Below, in pieces: positions 16,777 to 26,118 of a stretch of 63,902 nt of DNA. The number at the start of each line of letters is the position of its first letter. The first letter of the stretch is position 1. This DNA comes from Steroidobacteraceae bacterium. Lineage in GTDB: Bacteria > Pseudomonadota > Gammaproteobacteria > Steroidobacterales > Steroidobacteraceae. The notes beneath the pieces were generated by a model. That model was given only the letters and a program-made list of their open reading frames with translations. It did no database searches and was not told the DNA's origin. The position numbers and the translations under genes were made by a program. Location: assembly GCA_036515135.1 (NCBI GenBank), contig DATBVX010000125.1, forward strand, positions 1-63,902, read 5' to 3'.

Positions 16777-18081
16777 TCAGTCGGCTTGGCGGGCGCTCGG
16801 TGTCTGCGGAGCGGGCTCAGACTCGTGCCGTCTTGCGAGCCAGAAGCCGACGACCGCCCACGCGAACGCCACGCCCGCGCCGCACAATGCGATGCTCGAA
16901 AACGCCATGCCGCTGGCCGCAAGACCAGCGCGCACCTGCGCCGAGAGAGCGTCACCGCCGCGGTAAACCACGACGTCGATGAGATTCTTGGCCTTGTACT
17001 TGGTCTCGGTATTGACCGAAGTGAAGAGGATTTCGCGGCCCGGGCGCGTCAGCGCATATTCACCGGCGCGCCGGATGACCATCACCACCGCCAGCACCCA
17101 GAAGCTGCCGAGCGCCGCGAGCGTAACGAATCCGCCGATCATCGCGATCGGCACCGACGTGAGCAGCACCACCACGCCGAGGCGCGACGCGATGCGGCTG
17201 GTGAAGAACAACTGCGTGACGAGTGTCAGGGTCTGCACGATGTAATCGATGCGCGCAAACATGCTGGTGCGATCGTTCTCGTCGGGAAACGCTTCCTTCA
17301 TCAATCGCATCTGATCGAAGTAGAGGAAGGTCGTGGCCGAGGCGAGCAGTATCACGAACAGGCTGAAGCCCAGCAGGTAAGGAGAGCGGAGCACGAGCGT
17401 GATGCCGGCGAATGGATTGCCACCGATCGGACGCTCGTGCCCGTGGCCACCGGAATCCGCCGCCTGCTGCTCGCGCCGTTCCGACCATATCCTGAGCAGC
17501 GAGAGCTGAAAGCCGATAGCGACCGCGAATAGCGCCGCGGAGATCAGCAGCAGGTTGTTGCGCCCCAGCGGCTCGACCAGCACATCCGTGAGAATCGGCC
17601 CGAGGAGCCCGCCCAGCGTGCCGCCCGCCGCGATGATTCCGAACAGGCGCTTGGCCTGCCCGCTCGAGAACATGTCCACCATGAAGGTCCAGAACACCGA
17701 CACGATGAACAGGTTGAGTACGCTGATCCAGACGTAGAAGAAGCGCGCCGCGCCGTGGCTGTCCGGATTGGCTTCGAGGAGTGCCCAGACCCCGAGCAGC
17801 GATGCCGACACGATGCCATAGATGAGCGGCAGGAGCACCGAACGCGGCAGCACCGAGCACAGCAGGCCGTAAAGCGGGATGACGAGGATCGAGGCACCCC
17901 ACGTCACCACGAAAAGATTGCTGACCTCCTCCTCACCAAGGACCGTGCCCACGGTCTCGCGCACCGGCCGCAGCATGAAGTAGCCGCACAGTACGCAGAA
18001 AAAGAGTACCAGCGCCGTGAATACCGCGCGCGTCTCGCCCGGCTCGACGCGTGCCAGCCGCTGCAGTACGCCAGCGATCAC
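16777..18081 (-). CDS. MFS-type transporter resembling the ATP/ADP-translocase (TLC/Npt-like) group
   Basis: About 12 TM segments. The N-terminus ...FFCVLCGYFMLRPVRETVG is typical of TLC-like MFS proteins. The start abuts the upstream stop (18082). Confidence 0.55.
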   Translation of the reverse strand: MIAGVLQRLARVEPGETRAVFTALVLFFCVLCGYFMLRPVRETVGTVLGEEEVSNLFVVTWGASILVIPLYGLLCSVLPRSVLLPLIYGIVSASLLGVWALLEANPDSHGAARFFYVWISVLNLFIVSVFWTFMVDMFSSGQAKRLFGIIAAGGTLGGLLGPILTDVLVEPLGRNNLLLISAALFAVAIGFQLSLLRIWSERREQQAADSGGHGHERPIGGNPFAGITLVLRSPYLLGFSLFVILLASATTFLYFDQMRLMKEAFPDENDRTSMFARIDYIVQTLTLVTQLFFTSRIASRLGVVVLLTSVPIAMIGGFVTLAALGSFWVLAVVMVIRRAGEYALTRPGREILFTSVNTETKYKAKNLIDVVVYRGGDALSAQVRAGLAASGMAFSSIALCGAGVAFAWAVVGFWLARRHESEPAPQTPSARQAD

Positions 18082-19011
18082 TCAGAGCGACGCCACGTAA
18101 GCGGCCATGCGCTCGCGCATCTTGTCGTCCGGCATCCTGCCGTGGCCGGCGCGGACATTGTCCGCCATGTGAGCGGGTTTTGCGGTGGCAGGGATGACGC
18201 AGGTGACCGCCGGGTGGCTGACGATGAACTTGAGGAAGAACTGCGCCCAGCTCGTGCAGTCGATTTCCGTCGCCCATGCAGGCAATGGCTTGCCGCGAAC
18301 CCGTGCGAACAGGGCGCCGTCCTCGAACGGGCGATTGATGAGCACGGCGACCTTGCGCTCGGCTGCCAGCGGCAGCAGGCGCTGCTCGGCCTGGCGCGTC
18401 GCGATCGAATAGTTGAACTGCACGAAGTCCACCGGCTCGCGCTGGATCACCCCTTCGAGGTCGGTGTGCGAGGCGACGGTGTAGTGCGTGATGCCGCAGT
18501 AGCGCACCTTCCCCTGCTCCTTGAGCGCGCGCACGTTCGCGAGCTGCGTTCCCAGGTCGAGCAGGTTGTGGACCTGGACCAGGTCGAGTTTCGGCGACTT
18601 GAGCAGGCGCATCGAGGTCGCGATCTGTTCGAGCCCTTCTTCCTTGCCGCGCGTCCAGACTTTTGTGGCGACGAACATCCGGTTGCGCAGCTCGAGCGCC
18701 GCCATCAGATCGCCGGATACCGCTTCCGAACGGTTGTACATGGGCGACGTGTCGAGCAGCGAACCGCCGGCGCCGGCGAGTATCCGCAGCACTTCCATCA
18801 GGGGCGCGCGCTCACTGCTGCCGCCGCCGACGTCGAATACGCCCGAAGTCCCGAGACCGATGACGGGCAATTCCTCTCCGGTTGCGGGGACTTTGCGCTT
18901 CAACATCGTGGTCTCCGCAGCCATCAGTGTTTGTGGTGCCAACACGACCATCGCCGCGCCGGTGGTGATGACCTGGCAGAACTCGCGCCGTGAATAGTCG
19001 TCCACGTTCAT
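18082..19011 (-). CDS. Aldo/keto reductase with twin-arginine signal
   Basis: ATG 19011. Tat motif SRREFCQVITTGAAMVVLAPQTLMA and an AKR core (LDLVQVHN..., RYCGITHY). Confidence 0.8.
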   Translation of the reverse strand: MNVDDYSRREFCQVITTGAAMVVLAPQTLMAAETTMLKRKVPATGEELPVIGLGTSGVFDVGGGSSERAPLMEVLRILAGAGGSLLDTSPMYNRSEAVSGDLMAALELRNRMFVATKVWTRGKEEGLEQIATSMRLLKSPKLDLVQVHNLLDLGTQLANVRALKEQGKVRYCGITHYTVASHTDLEGVIQREPVDFVQFNYSIATRQAEQRLLPLAAERKVAVLINRPFEDGALFARVRGKPLPAWATEIDCTSWAQFFLKFIVSHPAVTCVIPATAKPAHMADNVRAGHGRMPDDKMRERMAAYVASL

Positions 19012-19021
19012 CCGGCGTTCC

Positions 19022-21184
19022 TCAAATGGGACCCAATACGCTTCTGGCTGCAGGCCGCGCAAGTGAGTTCCCGCGGCGGCGCGCTGCCCAATAGAGCGCG
19101 CCCGCTGCAAGCAGCAGCGAGAGGAGATCAATCCGTCCGCCGCCACCACCACCACCGCTCGCCCGAGGGGCGTCGTTGGCGCTGATCGTCACGGCGATCT
19201 CGGTACTGCCATCGATCGTCGCGCCGCCGGTGAGATTGCTCAGTGCGAGACTGAACTGTTCATTGCCTTCCTCCGCCGTTTCGTCGACGATGGGAATGTC
19301 GATGGTCCGTTCGACATCGTCTCCGGCCACCCAAGTCAACGTGCCGCTCGTCGCCGTGTAGTCGCTGCCCGCCACGGCGCTGCCATCGCGCGTCGCGTAA
19401 TCGACGCTGACCGCGCCCTGGATTCCGCCCGTGCGGCGCAGGATTACGCTCGCCCCGCCAGCCGATTCAGCGACCACGACGCCGTTGCCGATGAATCCCA
19501 GGCGGCCCACGTTCGCACCGAGATCGCGCGTGTTGTCGCGCAGGACGAACAGCCCGTTGTCGATGTCGCTGACGAGGATGTTGCCCGATGGCAGGAATGG
19601 ATAAACGCCCCAGGCACCTTCGGTGACGGCGACGTTTTCGGCCGGCGAGAGGAACGTGTCGAGACTGCCCACCTCGCGCAGGTCCTCCGGATTCGCAAGA
19701 TCGAACACCACCAACCCGCGTCGGTAATGCGACACGTAGTAACGGTCACCCTTCGCGTAGCCGTTGTGATCGGTGGTGGTATCTGGCCCGATGTACGACG
19801 TGATGAGACGCGGCGTGCGCAGGTCGCCGATATCGAGCGTGTAGATGTGAGTGTTGATCCCAATGAGCAGTTCATCGAGCTCGTCGTGGACCACGATGTA
19901 TTGCTGGTCCTCGGTCGGCCAGCCGGAGTGCGTATAGCGCGCTTCCGGATACCCGGTTGCGCTCAGCCGCACGGGCGCGGATTTAATCGTGACATCCCAC
20001 AAGTCGACCGTGCTCTCATTGAAGTCCACCAGCACTTCGCACGGGTTGTGTCCTTGGTCGCACTGCGTGGTGCGATTGTCGGTGATGAACAGGCTGGTCG
20101 AGTCATGCATGTAGCCGGTGCCTCCCGGCGCGCGTGTTACAAGTCGCGGACTGACCGGATCGGTCAGATCGAAGATCAGAAACGAGCCGTAGGGAACGTT
20201 GATATTGGAACCCGCCACGTAGAGGAATGCCTGCCGGCCCGGAATCGCGACATTGGTGGCGTAGTTCACGTTCGAGACGTAGAGCGTGTGCGAGGTTTGA
20301 AAATCCCGGACGGTGTTCGCCAGCGACACGCTGTTGGGCACATCCGACAGCTCGATCACCTGCAAACCGCCCCCCAATGCCTCGGTCGTGATGTAGGCGT
20401 ACGCGCGATGCCGTGACGCCGCGGCATCGAAGAACTGAAAGACCTTGACCTCTCGCCACGCGTTGCCGTTGCCGGGGACCGAACCGACTTCGCGCGGATT
20501 CTCGGGATCGGTGACATCGATGACGACTGTCGCGTTCGAGACGCCCACCACCGCGTACTCGCGGTCATCATCGAGATCGACGAATCCCCACACATTGCTC
20601 ATGCTGTTCGGACGAGTGGACAGGTCCACGAGCCTGAGCTGCGCAAGCAGATCGATGTTCCGGCACGGGAACGCGCCCGCAAGCCCCTGCACACAGTTGG
20701 CAGCCGCCGCGCGCACCGCCTGTGGCTCCGAGCGCGCACTCACACCACCGATCGAGCCACCCCCCCGACCGTCACGGGTCATCACCCGGTCGACCATGAG
20801 ACGCAGGCCGTGCGCCATCAGACGGTCGCGGTCGGCGTGCTGCAATCCGTAGATGCGCGTGAGGTAGAGATCGGGGTCCTGGTGCTTGAACTCGTCGGCC
20901 GTGCTGTACCCACCGAGGACACCGGTCTTGCCGTGCAGCACGTCGTCCACACTCAAGCCTTCGACCGAAAAAATTCCTTCGGCTACCTTGACCGTAGCGC
21001 CAGTCGGCGCGTGTTCGATGGCGTAAGCGATCGTTCGGCACGGGTCATGGGCGTGATCGCAGTCGCCCGCGTCGACGCCTTCCATTGCGACATAACGCGT
21101 GCCGCGCAGATCGTCGTGCGAGAAACTCAGGCTGCTGGCCAGCAGCAGCAGCGCGGTCAGCCAGGGTCCCTTTCGCATGCGCAT
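19022..21184 (-). CDS. Secreted LVIVD-repeat beta-propeller protein with Calx-beta domain and GlyGly-CTERM-like tail
   Basis: ATG 21184 with AGGAGG. Signal peptide MRMRKGPWLTALLLLASSLSFS. LVIVD-type repeats (VVIDVTDPENP, LVVFDLANPEDL, LFVLRDN). Calx-beta (VSVDYATRDGSAVAGSDYTATSGTLTW...). Tail is SGGGGGGRIDLLSLLLAAGALYWAARRR plus 19 aa. Confidence 0.8.
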   Translation of the reverse strand: MRMRKGPWLTALLLLASSLSFSHDDLRGTRYVAMEGVDAGDCDHAHDPCRTIAYAIEHAPTGATVKVAEGIFSVEGLSVDDVLHGKTGVLGGYSTADEFKHQDPDLYLTRIYGLQHADRDRLMAHGLRLMVDRVMTRDGRGGGSIGGVSARSEPQAVRAAAANCVQGLAGAFPCRNIDLLAQLRLVDLSTRPNSMSNVWGFVDLDDDREYAVVGVSNATVVIDVTDPENPREVGSVPGNGNAWREVKVFQFFDAAASRHRAYAYITTEALGGGLQVIELSDVPNSVSLANTVRDFQTSHTLYVSNVNYATNVAIPGRQAFLYVAGSNINVPYGSFLIFDLTDPVSPRLVTRAPGGTGYMHDSTSLFITDNRTTQCDQGHNPCEVLVDFNESTVDLWDVTIKSAPVRLSATGYPEARYTHSGWPTEDQQYIVVHDELDELLIGINTHIYTLDIGDLRTPRLITSYIGPDTTTDHNGYAKGDRYYVSHYRRGLVVFDLANPEDLREVGSLDTFLSPAENVAVTEGAWGVYPFLPSGNILVSDIDNGLFVLRDNTRDLGANVGRLGFIGNGVVVAESAGGASVILRRTGGIQGAVSVDYATRDGSAVAGSDYTATSGTLTWVAGDDVERTIDIPIVDETAEEGNEQFSLALSNLTGGATIDGSTEIAVTISANDAPRASGGGGGGGRIDLLSLLLAAGALYWAARRRGNSLARPAARSVLGPI

Positions 21185-21230
21185 TGTCCGCCTCCTGAAC
21201 GGTGATGGCCGCCGTTTGAGTAGCGCGATC

Positions 21231-23429
21231 TTACCGCTCTTTTCGTACCGCGGCAGTCGCTGCGGCCGCGCCGATCTCTCCCAGGGCGAAGGCGAACTCA
21301 AGCGCCGTCTCCTGGTGCCGGCGGAACCGACCCGACTGGCCCGCGTGGCCCGCCTCCATGTGCGTGCGGAACAGCAGTGGCTCGTCGTTGGTCTTCGTCG
21401 CCCGCAGCCTGGCCACCCACTTCGCGGGCTCGAAATATTGCACTTCGCCGTCCCACAGCCCGGTCGTCACGACCATTGCCGGGTACGCCTGCGCGCTCAC
21501 CTGGTCGTACGGTGAGTAGGACAGCATGTATTCGTAGAACTCCAGTTCGCGTGGATCGCCCCATTCTTCGTACTCATTGGTGGTCAGCGGAATGCTGTCA
21601 TCCAGCATCGTCGTGACCGCATCGACGAACGGCACATTCGCGAGGATGACGCGGTACTTCTGCGGCGCCATGTTGGCGATTGCCCCCATCAACAGGCCCC
21701 CGGCGCTACGGCCGTGCGCGACGACCTTGTCGGCGGCGGCATAGCGTTCCTTGACGAGAAAGTCGGTGACATCGATGAAGTCGGTGAATGTGTTCTTCTT
21801 GTTGAGCAGGCGGCCACCGTCGTACCACTGCCGGCCGAGCTCCTGTCCACCGCGGATGTGCGCGATGGCGACTACGAATCCACGATCCAGCAGGCTCAAG
21901 CGACTGGCGACAAAAACCGGGTCCACGGAAATTCCGTAGGAGCCGTAGCCATACTGATAGAGCGGCGCGCTGCCGTCGCGTTGAAATCCCTTGCGATAGA
22001 CCATCGACACCGGGATGCGAGTGCCGTCGCGAGCCGGTGCATGCACGTATTCGCTGACGTAGTTCGCGGGATCGAACGGCGGCGGCACCGGATCGCGCTT
22101 GAGCAGCGTGCGGCTGCCGGTGTGCATGTCGTAGTCGAACGTCGTCGCAGGCGTCGTCAAGGACGAGTACGTGTAGCGCAACACGTTGGTGTCGATCTCG
22201 GCATTGGCGCCAATCAGCGCCGTGTAGGCCGCCTCATCGGCGGCAATCAACCGGTCCGCGCCGCCATGCCATGGCTTAATGCGGATCTTGCGCAGGCCGT
22301 CCGAGCGCTCCGCAACCGCGAGGAAGTCCCGAAAAACCTCGAAGCCGTGCAGGAACGCGTCCAGACGATGTGGCAACACTTCGCGCCACTGCGAACGGCT
22401 GCCCGCCGCCGCGATGGGAACCTCCACGACGCGAAAGTTCGGAGCCTCCCGGTTGGTCAAGATCACGAACCGCTCGTCAACGTGCTCGACGGAATACTCA
22501 TGGTCGCGTTCGCGCGGCAGCACGACCTGGAAGCGGAGCTCCGGATCTTTGGCTTCCGCGAACCACCATTCGGACGAAACCGTGCTCTCAGAAGCAATGA
22601 AGAGAAAACGGCCGGACTTCGACGTCACGACATCGGTGTAGAAACTCGTGTCGGTCTGCTCCCAGACGAGTGGATCGTCGGCGGGGTTGGTGCCCAGTAC
22701 GTGTTTGCGCACGCGACGCCCAAGGAGCGTCTCGGGATCCTTTTGGACGTAAAGAAATGCGCGACTGTCCCCCGCCCAGGCGATGCCGGGATCCGCATTC
22801 TCGATGACGTCAGCGCAAGGCTCGGCCGTCTCGAGATTCTTGATCCGCAGCACGTACACGTGTCGACCATTGGTGTCCTCGGCATAGGCGAGCAGCCGGT
22901 TGTCCGGACTCACCCGCCAGTTGCCGATCTCGAAGAACTGTTGCGAGCGCGCCAGCTCGTTCACATCGAGCAGGATCGCTTCGGGCGCGTCCGCGGTATC
23001 GCGGCGGCGCGCGTAAACCGGGTACTCGCGATCGGACTGGAAGCGCGTGTAGTACCAGTAGCCGCGGTCGCGATACGGTACGGTGACGTCGTCTTTGGGA
23101 ATGCGGCTCACGATCTCCTGGTAGAGCCGTTCCTGAAGAGGCTTGAGCGGCGCCATCAGTGCGTCGGCGTACTCATTCTCGGCCCTGAGATACCCGAGCA
23201 CCTTCGGGTCGAGCCGCAGGTCGTCACGTAACCAGTAATACGGATCGATACGTACGCCGTTGTCGGAAATCACCGGCTGTGGGTGAACCTCGGCGGCGGG
23301 CGGCATGGGGCTGCGACTGGGGTAGTTCATCGACGATTCCTGGCCCGGCCGCGTCGAGCATCCGCAGGTCGTGGCGGCGGTGAGCATGATAAACATCACG
23401 AGCCGCGCGTGAGCGCGCAAGTTCGGCAT
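21231..23429 (-). CDS. ptrB: Oligopeptidase B (S9A prolyl oligopeptidase family), lipoprotein-type signal
   Basis: ATG 23429. Signal MPNLRAHARLVMFIMLTAATTCGC. N-terminal propeller (DPYYWLRDD) and catalytic GRSAGGLLMG Ser motif. The longer track ORF extension was rejected. Confidence 0.85.
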   Translation of the reverse strand: MPNLRAHARLVMFIMLTAATTCGCSTRPGQESSMNYPSRSPMPPAAEVHPQPVISDNGVRIDPYYWLRDDLRLDPKVLGYLRAENEYADALMAPLKPLQERLYQEIVSRIPKDDVTVPYRDRGYWYYTRFQSDREYPVYARRRDTADAPEAILLDVNELARSQQFFEIGNWRVSPDNRLLAYAEDTNGRHVYVLRIKNLETAEPCADVIENADPGIAWAGDSRAFLYVQKDPETLLGRRVRKHVLGTNPADDPLVWEQTDTSFYTDVVTSKSGRFLFIASESTVSSEWWFAEAKDPELRFQVVLPRERDHEYSVEHVDERFVILTNREAPNFRVVEVPIAAAGSRSQWREVLPHRLDAFLHGFEVFRDFLAVAERSDGLRKIRIKPWHGGADRLIAADEAAYTALIGANAEIDTNVLRYTYSSLTTPATTFDYDMHTGSRTLLKRDPVPPPFDPANYVSEYVHAPARDGTRIPVSMVYRKGFQRDGSAPLYQYGYGSYGISVDPVFVASRLSLLDRGFVVAIAHIRGGQELGRQWYDGGRLLNKKNTFTDFIDVTDFLVKERYAAADKVVAHGRSAGGLLMGAIANMAPQKYRVILANVPFVDAVTTMLDDSIPLTTNEYEEWGDPRELEFYEYMLSYSPYDQVSAQAYPAMVVTTGLWDGEVQYFEPAKWVARLRATKTNDEPLLFRTHMEAGHAGQSGRFRRHQETALEFAFALGEIGAAAATAAVRKER

Positions 23430-23455
23430 TCGCTGTCCTCGATCACAAACGGCCA

Positions 23456-23845
23456 TCATCGCGCCCGGATCATGCGGATGAGCGCCCTGCCCCAGTCGTA
23501 CCGGACGAGTCGCAATAGAACGGTCCACAACAGCCGCTGCGTCGCCGCGAAGCGAGGCAGCGGCAGCACGCGTCCGTAGATCGACACGCCCTCGTGCATC
23601 TGCAGCGATCGCGCCTGGACGCGGTAGTCGCGGCCGGCCGAGCTGACCATCCATTCGCGATCGGTGAAGCCGTACTCGCGCACGCTGATTGCGTTGAGCG
23701 TCGCAGGCAGGTCGTGCTGTGTGACGCGTGCGAACAGGAACTCGAACGCGGGCTCGCCGTCGTGCGGCTCACGCCGCAACAGGATCGCACCGGGTGGTTG
23801 TCCGGGATGCACGAGACTGAATCGGCCGGGCTGCTCGAATGTCAT
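23456..23845 (-). CDS. Hypothetical protein
   Basis: 129-aa ORF immediately upstream of ptrB. No motif recognised. Confidence 0.4.
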   Translation of the reverse strand: MTFEQPGRFSLVHPGQPPGAILLRREPHDGEPAFEFLFARVTQHDLPATLNAISVREYGFTDREWMVSSAGRDYRVQARSLQMHEGVSIYGRVLPLPRFAATQRLLWTVLLRLVRYDWGRALIRMIRAR

Positions 23846-23849
23846 CGAA

Positions 23850-23952
23850 GGTGCCGGACACGGCTTATTTGGCTTATTGGCATGGTGCTCATTCCATGGA
23901 GAAGCCTATCAGCGCAAACGACCCATAAGCCAAATAAGCCGTGTCCGGCACC
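23850..23952. repeat. Perfect 28-bp inverted repeat (GGTGCCGGACACGGCTTATTTGGCTTAT ... ATAAGCCAAATAAGCCGTGTCCGGCACC), 47-nt spacer
   Basis: Arms 23850-23877 and 23925-23952 are exact reverse complements. The element sits in the divergent region between the 23845 start and the MATE start at 24000. Confidence 0.9.
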
Positions 23953-23999
23953 TGATCTTACAATCTGCCAATAAGCCCCAGAAGCCAAGCCTGACACCA

Positions 24000-25430
24000 A
24001 TGGATGTCAACACGTCACCGCGAGTCATCCGGCTCGTGCCCGCGCAGCGCCACGATGCCGAGGGTCGCGCGCACGTCGATTACCGCTCGGTGATCGCGCT
24101 CGCTTGGCCGTTCATGCTCAACAGCTCGGTGCAGGCGGTGCTGAATCTCACCGACACGTGGTTCATCGGCCATATTTCCACCCAGGCAACCGCGGCGATG
24201 GCCGCCGTGTACTGGTTGGTGCTGGTGTTCGTGCTGCTGCTGGGCGGCGTGGGAATCGCGGTGCAGACGCTCGTAGCACACGCCTATGGTGCGCATCGGC
24301 ACGCGCGTGCGGCACAGGCGGAATGGACCGCGCAATGGGGTGCTCTGCTCACGACACCATTGTTTCTCGCTGTGGCGTTCGCGGGCCCCTGGATGCTCAG
24401 GCCCTTCGCCCTCGACCCCGAGGTCGAACGGCTCGCACTCGAGTTCTGGATACCGCGAGTCGCCTGCGCACCCATCGGAGTCGCGCTGTGGGCAGCCCTT
24501 GGATTCTTCAATGGGATATCACGACCGCACATCACGGTCACAATCACGGCGCTGGTTGCCGTATTGAACGCGGTGTTCAACCAGATCTTCATCTTCGAGC
24601 TCGACATGGGCGTCGCGGGATCCGCGTGGGGTACGAATGTGGCGCAGTTCGCCGGCTGGGCGGTGGCACTCGCGATCTTCATGGGGCCGAAGCTCGACGC
24701 GACTTTCCGCTCGCGTCTAGTGTGGCGATGGCGGCCGCGTCTGATCCTGAGGCAGACCATGCTCGGTTTTCCGATGGGCCTCTTGTACGCCGCCGACCTG
24801 CTCGGTATCGCCATCTTCCAGATCATGACCGTGCGATTGAGCAGCGTCGATGGCGCCGCGACGCAGATCGTCATGATGCTGACGTCGATCGCCTACCTGC
24901 CGGCGGTGGGCATCGCGATGACCGGCACGACGCTCGTCGGCCAATCGATCGGTGCGGGTGACCGCGAATGGGCCATGCGGGTCGGCAATGTAACGATTGC
25001 ACTCTCGGTCACCTACATGGCGTTCATCGGCGTGTTCCTGGCACTCGTGGGGCCCTGGCTCCTGCCATGGTTCCTGAATCCTCAGGATCCTCAAACCGCG
25101 CAGGTGGTCGCGCTGGGCCGCTGGCTGGTGTGGATCGCCGCCGGCTATCAGATCTTCGACGGGTTGAACCTCGGCAGTGGTCTCGCTCTGCGTGGCGCGG
25201 GCGACGCAACGGTGCCGGCCGCGATGGTCATCGTGCTGTCGTGGTTCGTGTTCGTCCCGGCCGCGCATTCGCTGGCGTTTGCGCCGGGCCAGGGCTACGT
25301 CGATTTCCTGCCGCAGTTCGGCTGGGGCGCCGTCGGCGGCTGGCTCGCGGCCCTGCTTTACGTCTTCGGCCTGGGAACCGTCCTCTACCTGCGGTGGCGA
25401 TCCGCCGCGTGGCAGAAGATCCGTCTCTGA
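24000..25430 (+). CDS. MATE-family multidrug/toxin efflux transporter
   Basis: ATG 24000. ALAWPFMLNSSVQAVLNLTDTWFIGHIS is the MATE N-terminal signature. About 12 TM segments. Confidence 0.85.
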   Translation: MDVNTSPRVIRLVPAQRHDAEGRAHVDYRSVIALAWPFMLNSSVQAVLNLTDTWFIGHISTQATAAMAAVYWLVLVFVLLLGGVGIAVQTLVAHAYGAHRHARAAQAEWTAQWGALLTTPLFLAVAFAGPWMLRPFALDPEVERLALEFWIPRVACAPIGVALWAALGFFNGISRPHITVTITALVAVLNAVFNQIFIFELDMGVAGSAWGTNVAQFAGWAVALAIFMGPKLDATFRSRLVWRWRPRLILRQTMLGFPMGLLYAADLLGIAIFQIMTVRLSSVDGAATQIVMMLTSIAYLPAVGIAMTGTTLVGQSIGAGDREWAMRVGNVTIALSVTYMAFIGVFLALVGPWLLPWFLNPQDPQTAQVVALGRWLVWIAAGYQIFDGLNLGSGLALRGAGDATVPAAMVIVLSWFVFVPAAHSLAFAPGQGYVDFLPQFGWGAVGGWLAALLYVFGLGTVLYLRWRSAAWQKIRL

Positions 25431-25431
25431 C

Positions 25432-26097
25432 TCATGTCGCCGGGTGACGGCGGCGCCAGGTGAGCGCGACCGGAATCAGCGATGCAATGATGATGATGAT
25501 CGTCACGACGCCGAAGTTGTTCTTGACGATGGGGATGTTGCCAAAGAGGAAGCCGCCCCAGATGAACAGCGCCACCCAGGTGATCCCGCCGACGCAATTG
25601 TGGAGCTGGAATCGCCCGTAACGCATGCGGCCGACTCCGGCAACGAATGGCGCGAAGGTGCGCACGATCGGCACGTAGCGCGACAGGAAGATTGTTTTGC
25701 CGCCGTGGCGATCGAAGAATTCTTCCGTGCGCCTCAGGTACGCGACCTTCAGAAAGCGCACGTCGCCGCTGAACGCACGTGGCCCGATGGCCGCGCCGAT
25801 CGCGTAATTGGTGCTGTTGCCGAGGATCGCGGCCGCCGCCAGCAGCAGCCACGCGTACAAAGGATTCAGCGTGCCGCTCGAATCCACCGCCGCCAGCGCA
25901 CCCACCGCGAACAGCAGCGAATCGCCCGGCAGGAACGGCGTCACGACCAGCCCCGTTTCGGCAAAGATGATCAGAAACAGGATCGCGTAGACCCAGGTGT
26001 CGAATCGCAAAACCAGCTCGACCAGGTGGCGGTCGAGATGGAGGATGAAGTCGATGAAGTAAAGGCCGAGGTCGATGACCGGTTGCAGCAGCTCCAT
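25432..26097 (-). CDS. DedA-family membrane protein
   Basis: IIFAETGLVVTPFLPGDSLLFAVGALAA is the DedA/SNARE-associated signature. It is the last gene of the cmoA-like operon, 21 nt after the upstream stop. Confidence 0.85.
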   Translation of the reverse strand: MELLQPVIDLGLYFIDFILHLDRHLVELVLRFDTWVYAILFLIIFAETGLVVTPFLPGDSLLFAVGALAAVDSSGTLNPLYAWLLLAAAAILGNSTNYAIGAAIGPRAFSGDVRFLKVAYLRRTEEFFDRHGGKTIFLSRYVPIVRTFAPFVAGVGRMRYGRFQLHNCVGGITWVALFIWGGFLFGNIPIVKNNFGVVTIIIIIASLIPVALTWRRRHPAT

Positions 26098-26118
26098 GCC
26101 GCGATTCTAGACGGAGCC

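Noticed and set aside
23664-23999. Upstream extension of the MATE ORF (588-aa version), which would cover the 28-bp inverted repeat.
   Set aside because: The extension is antisense to the 23456-23845 ORF and reads through the palindrome. MATE homology begins only after the ATG at 24000.
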